Assembly (NCBI RefSeq): GCF_006345805.1
Contig: NW_021835773.1
Span: forward strand, 1 to 38,192
Length of the DNA: 38,192 bases
Reading direction: 5' to 3'
Source of the DNA: Octopus sinensis
Taxonomy: Eukaryota
Numbering within the stretch: the first letter of the stretch is position 1; the number at the start of each line of letters is the position of its first letter. Of this stretch, positions 34,896 through 38,192 are shown one piece after another. Both the position numbers and the translations under genes were made by a program. The notes below the pieces were generated by a model. That model was not told the DNA's origin. It worked only from the letters and a program-made list of their open reading frames with translations, and did not search any database.

Positions 34896-35384
34896 ATCCT
34901 TTGCTTGCTGCTTTTCTTTCTGTTCAACAGTAATTCTTCCATCCGCATCTTCTATCCATCCCTATTCCATTTTTATTAATTTATTGAAGTATTCAACTTT
35001 ATATATATATATATGACTCTTAACACTCGTATTCAAAGTTTTTTCAATAAAACTCGTTCAATTCAAGTTTGGTGGATTAAAATTATCCAATTTATTTGTG
35101 TAGATTTCTAAATGTTTCTTGCATTTGTCTTTAAACGTCTCTCTAATATTCAAACTTTTCCACTCTTACCCAATAATTGTAAGTGAGAAGCTCAGAGTAA
35201 GGATTAGAGACATTTTAGATTTCAATAAAATGTAATATACAGCCATGCGTTTGTTATTGGGTACTTTTTCTCATTTATTCTCTCGTAAATTTGCACTCAC
35301 ATGAACACACAGACATATGTCAATAATTGTGAATGTGTGTGTGTGTTTGTGTGTATGTATATATATATATATATATTTTTCCTT

Positions 35385-35700
35385 GGTTTTACCCCTCTGC
35401 AAAGGAATTTTATTTAATTCTTTCGCAGGAAGGATTAGTTCGACGAGACGTGTTCTGTCCTCACCTTCGAAACACGCTAGGGACAGCTGATGAAGGGGAT
35501 TTTTCCTTGTGTAGTTGTCTTGTACTCTGTTTTTTCGTTGTTAAAAAATGGTCCGTTCCATGCTGATTTTACGTTTTCGTTTCTCGTTGAGTTCTACGTC
35601 TATTTGTGGTGTCCTGTACACACGTATATATATTTATATATGCATGTATATATACATGTAGATGTAGGTACGTACATATATGTTTGTATGTATGCATATA
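35385..35700 (+). mobile_element. Interspersed repeat homologous to 4295-4620 (-), possibly Penelope-related
   Basis: Shared blocks as listed for 4295-4620, including the conserved pseudo-microsatellite TATACATGTAGATGTAGGTACGTACATA. Confidence 0.6.
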
Positions 35701-35752
35701 TTTTATTTATTACACTATTATATGTATATGTATATGTATATGTGTATATAAT

Positions 35753-36066
35753 GGAGGCACAATGACCCAGTGGTTAGGGCAGCGGACTCGCGGTCGGAGG
35801 ATCGCGGTTTCGATTCCCAAACCGGGTGTTGTGTGTGTTTATTGAGCGAAAACACCTAAAAGCTCCACGATGCTCCAGCAGCGGTGGGGGGGGGGGGGCG
35901 ACCCCTGTTGCACTCTTTCGCCACAACTTTCTCTCACTCTCTCTTCCTGTTTCTTGAGTAACGCTGCGATGGACTGGCGTCCCGTCCAGCTGGGGGAAAA
36001 ACATATGCCATAGAAACCGGGAAACCGGGCCCATGAACCTGGCTAGGCTTGAAAAGGGTGGCGTTT
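35753..36066 (+). mobile_element. Chimeric SINE: family B head and body plus family C tail
   Basis: Matches 33166-33355 up to CTTCCTGTTTCT, then GAGTAACGCTGCGATGGACTGG...AACCTGGCTAGGCTT matches 32957-33045. Confidence 0.85.
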
Positions 36067-36084
36067 ATCGTTTTATATGTATTT

Positions 36085-36137
<53 letters not shown>

Positions 36138-36861
36138 TATATATATATTTTTATATATCAATAATTATGTGTAGACATACTCATAATATTTTGTAGATGG
36201 TTATAATTATATAGGTACATATGTGTGTGCACATGTTTGTGTTCTTGTGTGTGTGTGTGTGTGTATGTATGTGTGTGTATATGTGTGTGTGTGCGTGGAT
36301 GTGTGACTATATGCCCATGTATTTAAGCAATTGTTTGCTTTATCACTTCTCTGAGCCTCATATTGTCTGCACGTTCCTTAATGCGACTGATATGACATGC
36401 TGATATAAGAAACCTTTGTTCTCGTATCTCCATTTCGACTCTTCTTTTTGCAGTGGAACATCTCTCATAGGCTGCAAATGTGATATTTCTCGGCTTAGCA
36501 TATGAGACATTTTTCAGTCTGTTGATGTATAGGATTGCGTATTCAGTAACATAAAGATTTATGGAAATTTTGTGACTTCTTATCTTACTCAAGGCTTCAG
36601 GTGTAATGGGGTAAAAGATAGGGTTTTCGTTTTCTTCTCATTTTTGAAAGAATTAGCATGTTGTGGAAGGTTGCTGTCAACAGTATTTTCTGTGAGCCTG
36701 AAAAAATTCTCGAGACATTATCTTCAAACGATAATGTCTTAGAACATTAATGCTATAGCATTATGTGAACAGGATGTAGTTTTGTTACAGATTAGTTCTG
36801 AAGACGATATACTAGGTGATTCAGAAAACCTTTCATCATTGAAATGGAATATAAAAACATC

Positions 36862-37238
36862 TTTTATTTTTTACTTGTTTCATTCAATTACACTATGGCC
36901 ATGCTGGGGAACTGCCTTGAAAAATTTTAGTCGAACGAATCGAACCCAGAACTATTTTTATAAAAAAACTCTGCTATTTATCTTATTATTTTTTTTGTCT
37001 AACCGTTTACATGGACATAAATACACTAACATCGATTGTCAAGCGGTGATAGGAACACACACACACATATATATATATGGCGGTTTTCATTTAGTTTCCG
37101 TCTAATAGATCCACCCACAAAGCTTTGGTCTGCCAGAGACGATAGTAGAAGATACTTAACCAAGGTGTCACGCAATGGGACTGAATCTGGAATCATGTGG
37201 TTTGGAAGCAAACTTCTTACCACACAGCCACGTCTGCG
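36862..37238 (-). mobile_element. SINE family A, full length, diverged
   Basis: Colinear with 20507-20923 (TTACTTGTTTCA...GGCCATGCTGG...AGTTTCCGTCTA...CCAAGGTGTCACGCA...TTACCACACAGCCAC). Confidence 0.88.
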
Positions 37239-37366
37239 TATAAAATAGTTAATTTTATATATCTGTTGCTTACAAGTTTGCTTTCATAAATTTACATATA
37301 TTTTGTTATTTTTTGAATATTTTTGCTATTTGGTTGTAAATAACTTTTGGGAGATATATGTTATTC

Positions 37367-37519
37367 AACAATTGCAGCGCGGAATGTGTTTATAAGCCAT
37401 TTAAGAAACACACAAAAACCGTTAGATTCACTTCAACATTTAAATTTAATTTGTTAAAATATTTTCTTCGCTTTGAGACCGCGACCTGTTCACTGACAAA
37501 ATTCCACGCTGCAATTGTT
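37367..37519. mobile_element. Small MITE-like element with a 19-bp inverted repeat
   Basis: AACAATTGCAGCGCGGAAT versus reverse complement of ATTCCACGCTGCAATTGTT: 18/19 identical. TTC lies on both flanks. Confidence 0.45.
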
Positions 37520-37784
37520 TTCGTTCCAGCACACGATCTCAGATCAGGTCACTTGCTATGCAAGTACATCTCCGTAATATGTTATTCAAATATTTCAAAA
37601 AATATTATCAAAAGATTAGAGAACACTCATTTACATAAAACTGTCCTAATATGACTACTCTAACGAAATTCTCCGAGCCATGTCGCATTCATAGTTTTAA
37701 GTTCCGAACACTTAACTAGTCCCGGAAGGTAAAACAGTCACAATGAAAAAAAACCCCAGATATTTAGCTTCATCTCTCTCATAT

Positions 37785-37812
37785 ATAGATAGACAGACAG
37801 ACAGACAGACAT

Positions 37813-37890
<78 letters not shown>
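37785..37890. repeat. (GACA)n/(GATA)n microsatellite
   Basis: Directly visible. Confidence 0.95.
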
Positions 37891-37891
<1 letters not shown>

Positions 37892-37893
37892 TA

Positions 37894-38094
37894 CACGTGG
37901 GTATGCTGAAAAGTCTCTGGCTTTAAGGATATTGCGAAAGGCCTAGTTTGAGGCCTAACATTTCGAGTTCTTTTACAGAGCTAAGAAAACCGCTGCAATA
38001 AGTGTGTGAATCTGAGATGGGAATACGTTGAATAAAATCATAATTAACTGAGAATCCTGCATTTTCTTTTACCCAAAGCCAAAAACTTCCATCC
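37894..38094 (+). mobile_element. Short non-autonomous mariner-like element
   Basis: TA followed by ...GCTGAAAAGTCTCTGGCTTT, and a degenerate inverse AAAGCCAAAAACTTCCATCC. The internal CGCTGCAATAAGTGTGTGAATCTGAGATGGGAATACGTTGAATAA translates as RCNKCVNLRWEYVE*, a mariner transposase C-terminus-like motif. Confidence 0.65.
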
Positions 38095-38192
38095 GTGACT
38101 ATGCTGTCTTCTATGCATGAAGGTCCACACTATCCAATTTGTTCACTAGTTTCGTAAGACGGTAGCGAGTGATTTAAGGTATAGTTGATTGC

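Noticed and set aside
7034-34979. Long ORFs (up to 269 aa) of poly-I/M/H/L/S/Y or YIHT repeats
   Set aside because: They are translations of tri- and tetranucleotide microsatellites that lack stops by construction; there is no domain content or splice context.
35481-35520. CTGATGA plus hairpin as a hammerhead ribozyme
   Set aside because: No GAAA follows stem II, and the upstream CGAAAC cannot form a valid type II arrangement. The homologous copy near 4500 also lacks it.
36323-36860. Patchwork of open frames in unique AT-rich DNA
   Set aside because: It needs several frameshifts to join and shows no domain signature.

Overview
Repeat-dominated, AT-rich animal DNA. It is most likely an octopus genome, inferred from the tRNA-derived SINE families and extreme microsatellite load, not from a database search. 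No complete protein-coding gene, rRNA, genuine tRNA or CRISPR array is visible, and almost every long ORF in the track is a translated microsatellite. Supported contents: (i) 3' fragments of a Tx1/L1-clade LINE, one with the ORF2 CCHC zinc knuckle, sharing conserved 3'-UTR hairpins; (ii) at least four tRNA-derived SINE families with swapped 3' tails, one of them ending in the Tx1 3' terminus; (iii) Penelope-like fragments carrying degenerate hammerhead-ribozyme cores; (iv) three mariner relics, a hAT end, a Merlin-like MITE with telomere-like repeats nested in a SINE, and other foldback elements including a perfect 129-bp inverted repeat; (v) an (AAT)n-embedded repeat; (vi) a CpG-rich promoter-like island near 6 kb with outward-facing splice donors, plus a few weak exon candidates. 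I see interesting retroelement biology but no clearly new multi-gene system.
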